Assembly: GCA_964035545.1 (NCBI GenBank)
Contig: OZ037765.1
Span: 28,767,504 to 28,831,503, forward strand
Length of the DNA: 64,000 nucleotides
Source of the DNA: Bugula neritina
Taxonomy: Eukaryota; Animalia; Bryozoa
Reading direction: 5' to 3'
The notes below the pieces were generated by a model. That model saw only the letters and a program-made list of their open reading frames with translations. It did not search any database and was not told the DNA's origin. Below, piece by piece: positions 52,101-63,183 of the stretch. Within the stretch, counting starts at the first letter, position 1; the number at the start of each line of letters is the position of its first letter. A program made the translations under genes and the position numbers.

Positions 52101-55100
52101 AAAGATGGAAAACACACCCGCCGGTAGCATGAATGCTGAACAAGGAAGTAAAAGCGATGGTGCATGCTTCATCTGCAAAGATAAGTCACACATTGCTCGT
52201 AACTGCCCACAGCAAGGGAAGAAGTACTGTTCACATTGCAAGATGAACAACCACAATACTTCACACTGCAGAAAGTATGGTGGAAGGTCAGTGCATGCTG
52301 CTGCTGCAATAGCAACTACTCAGAATAAGACCGTGGTCACAGATCCAGGAATTTCATCTAAAGTGGGAGGACCTTTGGAAATCACAGTTAATGGTAAAAA
52401 GTTTATCAACGCTGCTGTCTGCAAGAATGGACCTAAATTCGAAGATGGGGGTACAGCGATATTTGATGCGGAAGTTAATGGCCAACGAGCAACTGTAATG
52501 CGCGACACCGGCTGTGGTTGCATTGTAGTCAATGCAAAGTATGTGCAACCTCAACACTTAACTGGAGAATCAGTTTATCTGAATATGGCTGATGCAAGTG
52601 TTAGGGAGGCTCAGTGGGCACTTATCTCAGTGCGCTCACCCTTTTACAATGGTGTCGTCAAAGCTGCAGTAATGGACAAGACGATATGTGACCTGCTTAT
52701 TGGGAATGTGGATGGAGCGAGATCAGCTGACCAGCCACTGGAAAACTGGAAGGACTGCGCCGTAACCACAAGAGCTCAGGCTGTCAAGGAAAAGTCAGGA
52801 GACAAACCACTGAAGATTGATTCAAATACTAACCCATTAAGTATAGGGAAAGATGAAATAGCCAGACTGCAGAGGGATGACCCCACATTGGAGCGTTTCT
52901 TCGATGCAAAAGAAGTGAAGGAGAAAAAGGGATGCACCACTAGGTTTGTGGTGAGGAATAAGATTCTGTACCGTGAGTACACCGACTCGAAGTCTGTCAG
53001 TGTAAAACCTGTTAAACAACTCATGGTACCCAGTTCACTGAGGAAGGAAGTTCTACAGAAAGCTCATGACTGCATAATGAGCGGACACCTAGGAGTAAAG
53101 AAAACCACTGATAGAGTGCTTTCCAACTTCTTCTGGCCAGGACTAAACGGAGATGTCGTACGTTTCTGTCGGTCATGTGACATTTGCCAGAAGACGGTGA
53201 AAAAAGGTTCAGTCATGAAAGTTCCAGTACAGGAAACTCCACTAATTGACACCCCATTCAAGAGATGTGCAATAGACCTGATCGGACCAATTAACCCTCC
53301 AAGTGAGAAAGGACACCGCTACATCCTAACTTTAGTTGACTATGCTACAAGATATCCTGAAGCTACACCATTGAAGAACATTGACTCAGCTACTGTAGCT
53401 GAAGCGCTGCTTGACATATACAGTCGTGTTGGGATACCAGAGGAGGTGATAAGCGATCAAGGAACTCAATTCATCTCAGACTACATGAAAGAGTTTACCA
53501 GATTACTTGACATGCGGCAACTTCCTACCTCACCATACCATGCAATGGCCAATGGACTTGTGGAAAAGTTCAACGGAACCCTCAAGAGTATGTTAAAAAA
53601 GTTGTGTGCTAAAGAGCCAAGACAGTGGCATCGGTTCATCAATGCGGCTCTATTTGCATATAGAGAAGTCCCACAGGAATCAACAGGCTTCGCCCCATTC
53701 GAGTTACTCTATGGAAGAACTGTACGTGGACCAATGTACATCCTGCGACAACTTTGGACAAAAGAAGACACTGCCGATGAAGTCAAGACCTGCTATCAGC
53801 ATGTTTTTGAATTGAGAGAGCGTTTAGATGACATGATGGAGATGGCACTAGCTTCGCTAAAAGACAGTCAAAAAAGATACAAACACTATTTTGACAAGAA
53901 AGCTAAGCAGAGAGACTTCAAACCTGGTGACAAAGTGCTCATTCTTCTACCTACGGATGGAAATAAATTGCTGATGCATTGGCAAGGACCATTCAATATT
54001 GAGGGGAAAGTCAGACTGAATGACTACATTATCAACATTAGAGGCAAGAGGAGAACATACCATGCCAACATGCTGAAGAAATACTTTGAGCGGGAGACGC
54101 CTACCGACTCTATGACTGTTGGAGCCGTGATGACTTTAGATGCTGCTGGTACTGGAATTATTGATCATGATGAGGAAAGAGAAGAAGGCCAAGATGATTT
54201 GTTGGACCTGTACAGTAAGAAACAGCAGAGTGATGAGATGGGCTATGTATATACAGAACTTCAGAATCAAGGTGGAGTCAATCAGAGGAAAGGACAATGT
54301 TGGAGCCGATTATCCAAGCTGAATTGACTCAGAATTTTAAGTAGTAAGGAGAAATTATCAAGATAATTTCTCTTAGAATGGGGGGTTGTCACAAATTCTG
54401 AGTATACATATACCTATAGACTTACCGGGTTTTTCCTAATGATTATACACGAATGTTCATAAATATTCTAGATTGATCAAAGAGATGGGTCATTGTTCAT
54501 TGTTATTTTCATTAGTCATGTTAACTACTGTCCAGCAATGTAAACAAGGTATTGTGCAATAATTGCGAAATAACCATGGAAATTCCAATGTTTTGTTTTG
54601 ATTTTCTATAAATAGTATTGGTATGTGGGGAATGTTTTGTACTAGAATCTTCTATACTGGAATGCTTGAGAATGTTCTAGAGTGTTTTGTTTACTATAAA
54701 TACTGAGGCAGTTGTGTTTACGAATCAGTTCCTTTTTATAAGTTCATTCTCGGAGTTCATTTTTATACATTCATCTGTGCATATCTTACTAGAGAAATAA
54801 AGTACAATTATATTTACAACTCTATTTACTCACAACTGGATTAGCAAGCTGTATGCTACTTGTCTCTATACTTCTGACTACCAGACTTTTCGAACTCGTC
54901 ACACTGCTACCAACAGTTTTGTGACAGTTGTAATAAGCGTCACTATCTGTCAATAAATTTTATAGGCTGAGACAAGTAGCTCATAATACATTGTTACACA
55001 CTTGGTACATATAATTACATAACTTACATTATTCGTAGGAGTGATTTACATCTTTTTATTATTATTTCTTTATGACATAACGTTTTCTAATATATTTCTG

Positions 55101-57541
55101 GCAGGTTTACTATTATAAGATTGGCCTCAATTCACCGATGTTAGGAAAGTCTGATGGGCTGCGTAGACTTTATGGACACATGCGACACCCAGGGGCATGT
55201 GCCCTCACTGCCATGCTTCTTCTCCACCCTCATATGACACTCAGCAGACTCCTTCTTCTGCTAGCACTTAGTCTGTATACACTAACCAGGTAAATGGTTT
55301 CCTTGTCTGACTCAGTCTTTCTTGAATAAGAATTGTGAATATTGTCTCCGTACAATAGTTGTAAGTTCCCACGTAATGTTTGGTTAAGCAGCTAAATTGG
55401 AAGTGAGACCAGTTAAAAAGTATCATATTCTAAGTTTTTGCTGCAGGTTTAAAAATGAATTAGTATGCATTTACAATGGCAGCTATTTAGAAAAAGTTAT
55501 GTATATATAGAAGTTAATTGGTGCATGAAGTTAGCCAAGTAATAATATATGTAACAATATAGTCGAGTAATCATATTATAATTAGTGCACATTTTATTTC
55601 TGCTCAACCACTTATTTAATTATGCTTTAAATACCAGCTGAGTCTTTAATAAGTTTTATAAGGATTTGATTAATTAAATTAGTGAAGTGTATTTACCTGC
55701 TTTAGCTGCTACAATGCAATGTGACTTGAGTGGTATTTTATGTTTCATGTAGTGCTGTTGGGCAGCTTTTGTAAAATGTTGAATTATTGGATATAATGAG
55801 ATCATACAAAACATTATCTCTGCAGAAATATTATATTTGTTTTTATATCGCTGCGTTTCCAAGTTTGCAATAATCCATATGAGCATTCATTGCATAATGT
55901 GAAGTAATTGAAAGAAGTGAAGTGATTGTGAGAATACTTTACATGTAAAGTTTTATCAGGTTTACTGTTTACTCATCATAAGCATAATGGGAGAAAAAAG
56001 CCATACATGTAACTTTACTGAATATACTGAAATATTTCTTTTAAAATCTGGTTTTCTGGATAATATTATTTATTGCAAATCATGCAAAAGTTAAGCAGTT
56101 TATGTTGCAATAAATTACTTTAATGATCAATTAGAAATTTTGGAAATTATGAAATATTATATTGAACATTATATTCTCTTATCATTTATATACTACCAAT
56201 GCCCTTTCATCTCTCTCAAGTGTAATTCTGATAGTTGGTGAGAATTGACATGTTGCAAACCAACATCTGACTTGGTATCTGTAAATCATTAGTTATTGTT
56301 TGGTTTTAATGTGTGAACAGAGTGACTGAGTCAATAAGAAAATAGTCACCAACAGGAACTATTACATCTTCAAATTGAGGAAAATTATTTCACGAAGATA
56401 TCAGTTTTGCTTCTGTAATTTATTTTAATGATATTGGTATTGCTAGAAATCTGGAACTGTTTTATTTCGTATTGCAAAAGAATTTGTAATAAAAATTTTT
56501 GCATTTGATTTTAATCTAAGCTTTTCGGTATAAGTATTTAATACTTGTCATTGCCAAGAATGGTGTAGCTATATTATAAAGATACCTGCTATTTAAATTG
56601 ATTGCTTTAATATCACCTTTATCTATCAAAAGTCATCGTGTACAATGGATCAATGTGTGAAAAACTTGTTAAAATGCCTTTTGCAATGTGATTAATTATA
56701 TACTTTTAACACAACATCATGCTTCATTAGTCAATGCCTAGTGCTGTACAATAGACATGTGTGTGTAATATTTGTTATGCTCAATATATTTGTATCCCAG
56801 ACTTTAATTGCTCGCTGAACATACAATGGTACAAAGAATTTTCAACTTTCCTTTCAGCTTTCGGTGCAAGCAGCATAATTTCTCACCTACATGAAGCAGT
56901 GGGTTAAAATTTGGGGTGCTCATCATTTTTAGCTTTTATTATGACCATATTATTTTTATTGAGAGTTGTCTACCCAGAGAAAGTTTAACATTATATAAGG
57001 CTAGTTTGAATGTCGTTTCACCTTCAGGCGTATTTACTGCTATGGCTATCTTTAGAGAGTTTCAGCCGAGGGGGTTTGTTCATAGGTTGGAGCATGTACC
57101 ATGAAACTGCTCGGTTTATCATACATACAGCTTTAGTTAGGAAAGAAGCATGCTGTTTATTTATAGCATTCTATATAACAATTGGCTATTTTAATCTTTA
57201 GATAATTCTTGCATGTGATAAATTTATTAATATAAAGTATGATATCTATCTCTTATTTGGAATTTTCATCATAGTCTATTTTATTACTTTGAAATGTGAA
57301 AACTTCATATATATTCTATCTTTTGCTGGGATATCAGCTGTTGGGTTAACCTGTTTCATTGTATTTTTGCTTTCTTTTACATTTCTTCAGGTTTAAAGTA
57401 GATAAGGAAGATTACAGCTACATACGACAGCAAATGATTCACAAAAAGGATGAGATTGCTGACATGATAGCTTCTTCCCGGCAGCAAGAACAGCTCACAT
57501 TCACTGAAGTGTGGCACAAGTCATTTAGCTACGAACAATAA
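49165..57541 (+). CDS. NRM: Nurim (nuclear rim protein); intron 3 interrupted by an LTR element
   Basis: Exons 49165-49345, 49831-50003, 50369-50536, 55105-55289, 57391-57541. Motifs FVLQHSLMA, ERAIYV, ELIGLKQ|VYY, KS..LRRLYGHMRHP, DYSYIRQQM. Confidence 0.92.
50542..51081 (+). repeat. 5' LTR
   Basis: TG...CA ends with a 9-bp terminal inverted repeat; TATAAA boxes ~50762 and ~50850; AATAAA 50951. Confidence 0.97.
51084..51101 (+). other. Primer-binding site, tRNA-Pro type
   Basis: TGGGGGCTGCTCCGGGAA, 2 nt after the 5' LTR, compared with the canonical Pro PBS TGGGGGCTCGTCCGGGAT. Confidence 0.8.
51178..54327 (+). CDS. Gag-protease-integrase polyprotein (1049 aa) without RT/RNase H
   Basis: Coiled-coil N-terminus, capsid/SCAN-like EQFISSCPDDL, two CX2CX4HX4C knuckles, protease RDTG, integrase HHCC (AHD..GHLG..CRSCDIC), D-D-E (IDLIG, SDQG, VEKFN) and GPF. 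No YxDD RT motif in the ORF. Confidence 0.95.
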   Translation: MALLERVTQMGKDLGLVEDKLIAFVEKNLPIVAAQEEKEKAREEKEKDREEKEKDREERRLEREAERIKQENEKAIMEMKIKADQEAMALKIKADQEAEERRQQHELDMEKLKANTSLEHSRHESTRLEIANKPKPKIPFFDEKVDEMDSYLERFEWVAEGCNWDERDWPYHLSQYLRGTATEAYIRLSPTDRRDYKKVKEALLERFNLTQEGYRKKLREAEAYEDETPAQLFTRIESYVHKWVELSGGMDIAKLVATEQFISSCPDDLAVHLKQSSFNSSEDMCDAASLFLHARGRKLAKTKKTNTKKMENTPAGSMNAEQGSKSDGACFICKDKSHIARNCPQQGKKYCSHCKMNNHNTSHCRKYGGRSVHAAAAIATTQNKTVVTDPGISSKVGGPLEITVNGKKFINAAVCKNGPKFEDGGTAIFDAEVNGQRATVMRDTGCGCIVVNAKYVQPQHLTGESVYLNMADASVREAQWALISVRSPFYNGVVKAAVMDKTICDLLIGNVDGARSADQPLENWKDCAVTTRAQAVKEKSGDKPLKIDSNTNPLSIGKDEIARLQRDDPTLERFFDAKEVKEKKGCTTRFVVRNKILYREYTDSKSVSVKPVKQLMVPSSLRKEVLQKAHDCIMSGHLGVKKTTDRVLSNFFWPGLNGDVVRFCRSCDICQKTVKKGSVMKVPVQETPLIDTPFKRCAIDLIGPINPPSEKGHRYILTLVDYATRYPEATPLKNIDSATVAEALLDIYSRVGIPEEVISDQGTQFISDYMKEFTRLLDMRQLPTSPYHAMANGLVEKFNGTLKSMLKKLCAKEPRQWHRFINAALFAYREVPQESTGFAPFELLYGRTVRGPMYILRQLWTKEDTADEVKTCYQHVFELRERLDDMMEMALASLKDSQKRYKHYFDKKAKQRDFKPGDKVLILLPTDGNKLLMHWQGPFNIEGKVRLNDYIINIRGKRRTYHANMLKKYFERETPTDSMTVGAVMTLDAAGTGIIDHDEEREEGQDDLLDLYSKKQQSDEMGYVYTELQNQGGVNQRKGQCWSRLSKLN
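54220..54322 (+). pseudogene. Out-of-frame remnant of the RNase H C-terminus
   Basis: The alternative frame reads NSRVMRWAMYIQNFRIKVESIRGKDNVGADY, the typical Ty3/Gypsy RNase H tail (RW...G..N..AD.LS), located downstream of integrase. Confidence 0.88.
54375..54385 (+). other. Polypurine tract
   Basis: AGAATGGGGGG directly before the 3' LTR. Confidence 0.75.
54387..54926 (+). repeat. 3' LTR
   Basis: Identical to the 5' LTR except T at 54555 versus C at 50710. Confidence 0.97.
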
Positions 57542-57601
57542 TTCTCCATAGCTTTAGTCATAGCAACTAAGCTGTTTGCATACTTTTGATAGAAGCATGA
57601 A

Positions 57602-57685
57602 TACTGAAATATATTAACTACTGAAATATAGTGAGTAGTGAAATATAATGACTATTGAAATCACTAATTAGTGAAGTGCTATTAC
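57602..57685. repeat. Degenerate ~17-bp tandem repeat in the nurim 3' UTR
   Basis: About 5 copies of TA(C/G/T)TGAAATATA-like units. Confidence 0.55.
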
Positions 57686-59646
57686 TACGATTTACTTCTG
57701 CAAAAACCACTGTAGGGCTGGGTCACCTTCCTATATATAAATTCTAGTGACTTTAGCCTGAAAACCTGCTTTAAAATGCATGATCAATGGTAAAGGTTAG
57801 CCACGCGCCCCATGATTTGCTTCTAGTGGTTTTCTACCTGACAAATGATCAAGCCCCATTAAGATTTTTTGATGAATTTAGATGTTATCTGTTGACTAGC
57901 AATAATAGGCTTAGCTTGTATCGACATTTCGTACATTTCATTGAATACTTCATTATTTTCTGTATTAATGTTGGGTATTTCCAATTTACAATATTTTTGA
58001 CGATGTAGCTTGTTTTCTAGAATTTTCTAGATATTTTTTATGATATGTTAATTATTTTGTGACTTGTGATAAAGAATCTCGTGTGATATATAAAATGCTC
58101 TATTGTTAGAATTATTACAGATTGCCTGTGTTGGTAAAACTATGAAAGCTTTATGTTGATTGCTGGAGTTTTATAATGATCGTCATGTCATTCATTTATT
58201 TGTATCTTTGCTATTTAATAAATCATATGTAAAAATATGGCTTACATCATGCATTTTTTTGTAAAACCATTTTTATTAGTTAGCAGTAAGTCATTTCTAA
58301 TGCATTAACATTATCATGCTTTTAAAAGTGTGTTTCATATAGAGAAAATGTCTTGAGACTTACAATATTTGCATATATATATATATATATTTATATTTAT
58401 ATCACTATGGTTGTATCAGGAAACAACACGTTGTAATCAAGGTCCACATGACCATTCTCAGCTCACTAGGAGATTCTGAAAAACTTATCCATGTTTACTT
58501 TGTTCAAGAATATCGCTCTTGGTGCCTAATTATCACACTTGCTTTGGTGTCCTTTTTAGATGTATTCCTTCTTGTAGAATTTGCAGCTTATATGATGATA
58601 AAAAATGTTTTTATGGTTTTCTAGCCATTCAAATGAGTTTTAAATTAGTCTTTGCTGCTCTTAGAGTTTAGTTTTTGCCCTGTTCAGTAGAAGGTAAAAT
58701 TTAAGTAGGTACTGAAAAATTTAAATATAATGGAACTTCATCAAATATATACAAAATGGAGATTGAGATATAATGCTCTCACTTCATGGCTCTGCAATGG
58801 CATTCAATGATTGAGCTATCTAACCAAGGTCGCAAAATGAAGCTGCTAGAATTTTGTAAGCCTTGTAACTCCTAGAATTACTGGAGCTTGAGTTTGCACA
58901 CATTTTGAATATGCTTTAGTGAAAAAATAACTTTTTTCTATTGCGATTTATAGCCTACAGCCCTACATGGTTTTTTGAGAGGGAATGTGTTAGTTGTAAC
59001 CTCATGGTCTACAGTTGTTAAAATCAGTTAATATAATATAAATTGATAAGTTTACAACTTCAGAATTATAACAGATGATATTTCATTTGTAATATACAAT
59101 ATTATTTTATTTACAAAATAATCCTAACTTTTTTGAGCTGGTAATTTATCTGCCCATTTTTGCATTAAAAGACAGACTAAAACATTAGTCATATCATACA
59201 AATAAATTCAAAATGTTTTGAATGTAGTTTTCTTACACAAAGCATTAGGAAACTTGGAAAATATAATTAAAGCCTTATTTTGGGATAAAATATTTCCTGG
59301 GATGCTTCGGTATTCTGGTTGCAATTATAGAACTTCAATGTAGAGCTGTTATTCACTAATGTAATGTCAACATTTCATTTGATAGTAGTTTCAAAATACA
59401 TTGGCTAGTATTGACTTGGCTATCTGATTGGCTGTAATGTATTGAAAGCTGCCAATAGGGCAGTCATTGTTATCAGTGTCACACTCAACCAGATTGCGCA
59501 ATAGTCACTCTAGAACCATATAGCCAACACACTGCTTGCTACTTCAGATGTGGCTTTGAGCTCGGTTCAATCGCATCATAAATGCAAATAAGTGCGTATT
59601 GTATTAAGATTATACAGTTTGCATAGGCTTTCTAGTATGTAAATAA

Positions 59647-62600
59647 ATGACTATGGATGGACTGACAACATCAGTAAGTATATTTGAGTGAAACTGTATT
59701 AAAATGCAATATTCCTATTTATAGAATTATTAGAAGAACAGATGTGTAGATTGTCACTTAGCTGGGGTTTATAAGTTTTAAATTGTTGTAAATAGAGATA
59801 ACTTCTCATTTTGTAAATGTCTATCAAAATTATTGGTAAATAAAAGCCTCAGGTTCTTTTAAACTTCATGTGAAATATAGTGGAGACATTGACTTGGAGA
59901 TAGCCTTAGTTGTTTAATTTCCTTAATAAATTTTGATTTAGGCAAGGTCTGAAATTCCCGAGAGAACGTATTTTCTTTTGCTACATTCATAATCTAGAAT
60001 ACAGGCTTTCTCGGTTTTTCCTTTAGTTTGGGTTTTTTGCGCACTTGTTTTCAGGTGTAGCTGCGACAGTCGCCAGTACACTGTTTCCTTGTTATGACAA
60101 ATATCATTATATTGAAATACCTGTATAAGTATGTTTACTTTTCTTTGATGCAATATGATTGTAAACTTGCAAAATTGTGAATTATGCCAACATTCTTTGT
60201 TTATAAAACAAGATAGTATTTCGTGAATTTGAAGCTCATTACTACAACTTATAATTTAGGAGGCTTTGGTGTGCATGCTTTTTAAACTATAACCCTAAGA
60301 GACTGCATTGAAATATTTTCATATATTATATTTAAACTAATAACATATTACTATTACTAAACATTTACCACTATAGTAGACCTTGTAAAAGATGTTGACA
60401 CATGCCTGCAGCCTAAATAACTTCATAATATATGCTAGTCTGTCATAAAACTTATAGTTAAAGCATTTAACTGATAATGGTATTACATTCTGTAATCTAC
60501 GAAAAACTCAGTTGATTTCAAGATTAATTAAACATAAGTGTGTTAAGATTGCAAACACAGCCATTTCAAGTTTGATAACGAAATCTAAAAACTTTATCTC
60601 ACTGTCTGGCAATGTTGCAGAGCAACCCAATCACTGAAGCACACAGTGTGCTAGAAGATAACGAAGAAGACCTTCGGCTGCTCTCAGATGACCTTATGGG
60701 TGAGGATTTAGCTACACCTGTATTGAGTTAACTATACAAATATAAAAAAATTTACTGCTTAATGTAATGCCATGAAATTAAATGAAATGAATTTCTAAGT
60801 GCAACAATTAAATTGTTATAACAAATATAACAGTTATAATATAATGATATATTGATATATTAATATACAGTAATGTGGTGCGGAGAAAACTAAATTACAA
60901 GACTTTTTAGTTAGCTGTCAAATTATTGCAATAGTGAAGGTGATAAAGGTCAACTAGTGACACTAATTCTGTTCATTAGCTATATATTGATTCAAGCCAA
61001 TATTTTCAGAGACCAGCCTTATATTTGTGCTGCTAAATTGTGTCTTTTTATAATTTGCTCGATTTCTGGTAAGTATATAATCACGTGTATAAGTTCACAT
61101 TTAGTAATAATCACAACCATTGGTGAGAAAATTCTTTTTGACAGGTTATGGAACTTTAACTTTCCCCCATAGCTTGAGGGCTTCAATGTGACATAAAAAC
61201 AATTATGACCAAATGTCTTTCCCAGCATCACCAATAGCCCTACTAGGATTTTGGCCACCAGCCAAGCACGTTTTCTGGCATCTTTACCAACACTTGTGAT
61301 TTAAAAAGGCTGATCACTTCTATCCAGTATTTTATTACATTAGGATCTTAATAGAACCTATTTGTGATCTTAAAATACCAATACTAAATTTTGAAGTTGC
61401 TTTGGAAGAAGAATTACCTGAAAATTTTCTTGTCACTGTGGACACAGATGAAGAAAGTTACACTGACATCAGTAACGACAGCAGTTATCAATGGGAGTGT
61501 GGTTTATATTTGCCTCAACTATATGCAATGGGTAGGCTGTTCTACTTTAGTTTTATATATGACTCACTGTACACATTATATGACTCACTGTGCACATTAT
61601 ATGACTCACTGTACATATTATATGACTCACTGTACATATTATATGACTCACTGTGCGTACTATATGACTCACTGTGCGTACTATATGACTACCTGTGCAC
61701 ATTATATGACTCACTGTGCGTACTATATGACTACCTGTGCACATTATATGACTACCTGTGCACATTATATGACTACCTGTGCATATGATACGACTCACTG
61801 TGCATTTTATATGGCTTGCTAAGCATGTTATATGACTCATTGTACATATTATATGGCTCAATGTGTATATTACAACTGAGAAATGAGATCTATGCGCTGT
61901 TAGCTTACATTCATATAAAGTTTTGTTTTTTTAGATCAACACTTAAATCCGTCGGTGAATTCAAGAAGACTCAGTACAGGAAGTGGGTATTCATCTTCCT
62001 CCGATACTGAAAGCTCTAGCAGCAATCACAGAGTTCGGTTAACAAAAATCTCAACATCACGAAATAAAAGTTAGTGTGAATTACCTGCTTCTAAATAACA
62101 TCAAAATAATTTTTTTATTCAGTTCTGTAAATAATTTAGAAAAAAACTCTATGTACAGGTACATCTAAGGCTAAGCAAACGCTACCGCAATTTATTTGTG
62201 AAACGTTGAAAGATCCAACTTACAACCCTGGCAGCATAAAGTACCTTAATGAGAATGAAGGAGTATTCTTGATTGTCAAGCCGAAACAAATTGCTGAATT
62301 ATGGGGCATAGTAAAGGGTAACCCGAGAATGAATTACCCTAGCATGTCAAGGGGTATCAGGTGAGCCATTCGGTGTCTAAAAAGCAAGTGTATGTTTAAA
62401 AACTTTTTTCATCCTATACCATTGTTCGGTTTTTAAAGGTTTATAAATAACAAAGAAAACATTGTATGAGTTAGTTTCTTAGGTAAATTAAAAGAGAAGA
62501 TAAGATTTCTAGCCATGATTTAACTAGAAATGAATTTCTAATATGATAATGCTTCTGATAAACTTGACCTTTTTCTAAACAAATTTATATAAAATATAGT

Positions 62601-63183
62601 TGATGAACACTTATTTTTATGAGCTATAGCCTTTCAGTGAAACAGTACAATAGTACAACTAAAATTTTATGATAATTAAAGTTTTAAAATAGTTTCATTA
62701 TGAAGTTGGTCATTTTTATATATTTGGTTAAACAAAACGTATTGTTGTAATAACATTAACAATAATAATGAAATTGGTAATGCTCTGTTGGTTTGATAAG
62801 CATTATAAGAAAGTGCTGCATGTCTATCTAGACTCTAGACTCTAGATCCAGTAGCAAAGAATTTATAGCTTCAAATACAAGCACTGTAAAAACTTTGTAC
62901 AAAAAACAATAATAGCAATTAGTAATGACCATTGAAGGTACTGTTCTAATTCGCTGACATACTATGTAAGTAGTTATTTTTTGTTTTATGAAGCTCATTT
63001 AATTCTAAAATTTAATAAAACTATTAGAGGCAAATGAATTTTTTTATTTCCAGAGAGCGAAGAAAATATGGCTGGTTTGAAGCTGTACCTGCAGATTCAA
63101 AATACCCAAAAAAGTTGACATACAAATGGGGTCCTAGGGCGATGGAGCTCTTGAAATTAAGAATCAAGACTGAGGTCCAGTAG
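59647..63183 (+). CDS. Divergent ETS-domain transcription factor (ESE/EHF-like)
   Basis: Exons 59647-59673, 60621-60699, 61397-61531, 61935-62069, 62159-62360, 63054-63183. Domain LPQFICETLKDPTYNPGSIKYLNENEGVFLIVKPKQIAELWGIVKGNPRMNYPSMSRGIRERRKYG...KKLTYKWG. The 5' exons are less certain than the ETS exons. Confidence 0.8.
61556..61870. repeat. 21-bp minisatellite, 15 units (TATATGACTCACTGTGCACAT)
   Basis: Tandem array in intron 3 of the ETS gene; 8 units contain TGACTCA. Confidence 0.95.

Larger units (their letters stand above)
50542..54926 (+). mobile_element. Ty3/Gypsy Gmr1-type LTR retrotransposon, internally deleted (no RT), 4385 bp
   Basis: 540-bp LTRs differing at one base, TGTCACAAA...TTTGTGACA termini, 5-bp TSD GTTGT (50537-50541 and 54927-54931), PBS, PPT and a gag-PR-IN ORF. 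Confidence 0.97.

Noticed and set aside
51178-54327. Ty1/copia element or domesticated integrase/Ginger gene
   Set aside because: The GPF-type integrase, SCAN-like Gag and Gypsy RNase H tail indicate Gmr1-type Gypsy, and the LTRs, PBS, PPT and TSD show a recent retrotransposition.
61391-61861. Repetitive ORFs (MTHCAYY..., YDSLCVL..., SHIICTV...) and a CRISPR-like appearance
   Set aside because: They are by-products of a 21-bp intronic tandem repeat. There are no unique spacers, no cas genes, and the context is eukaryotic.
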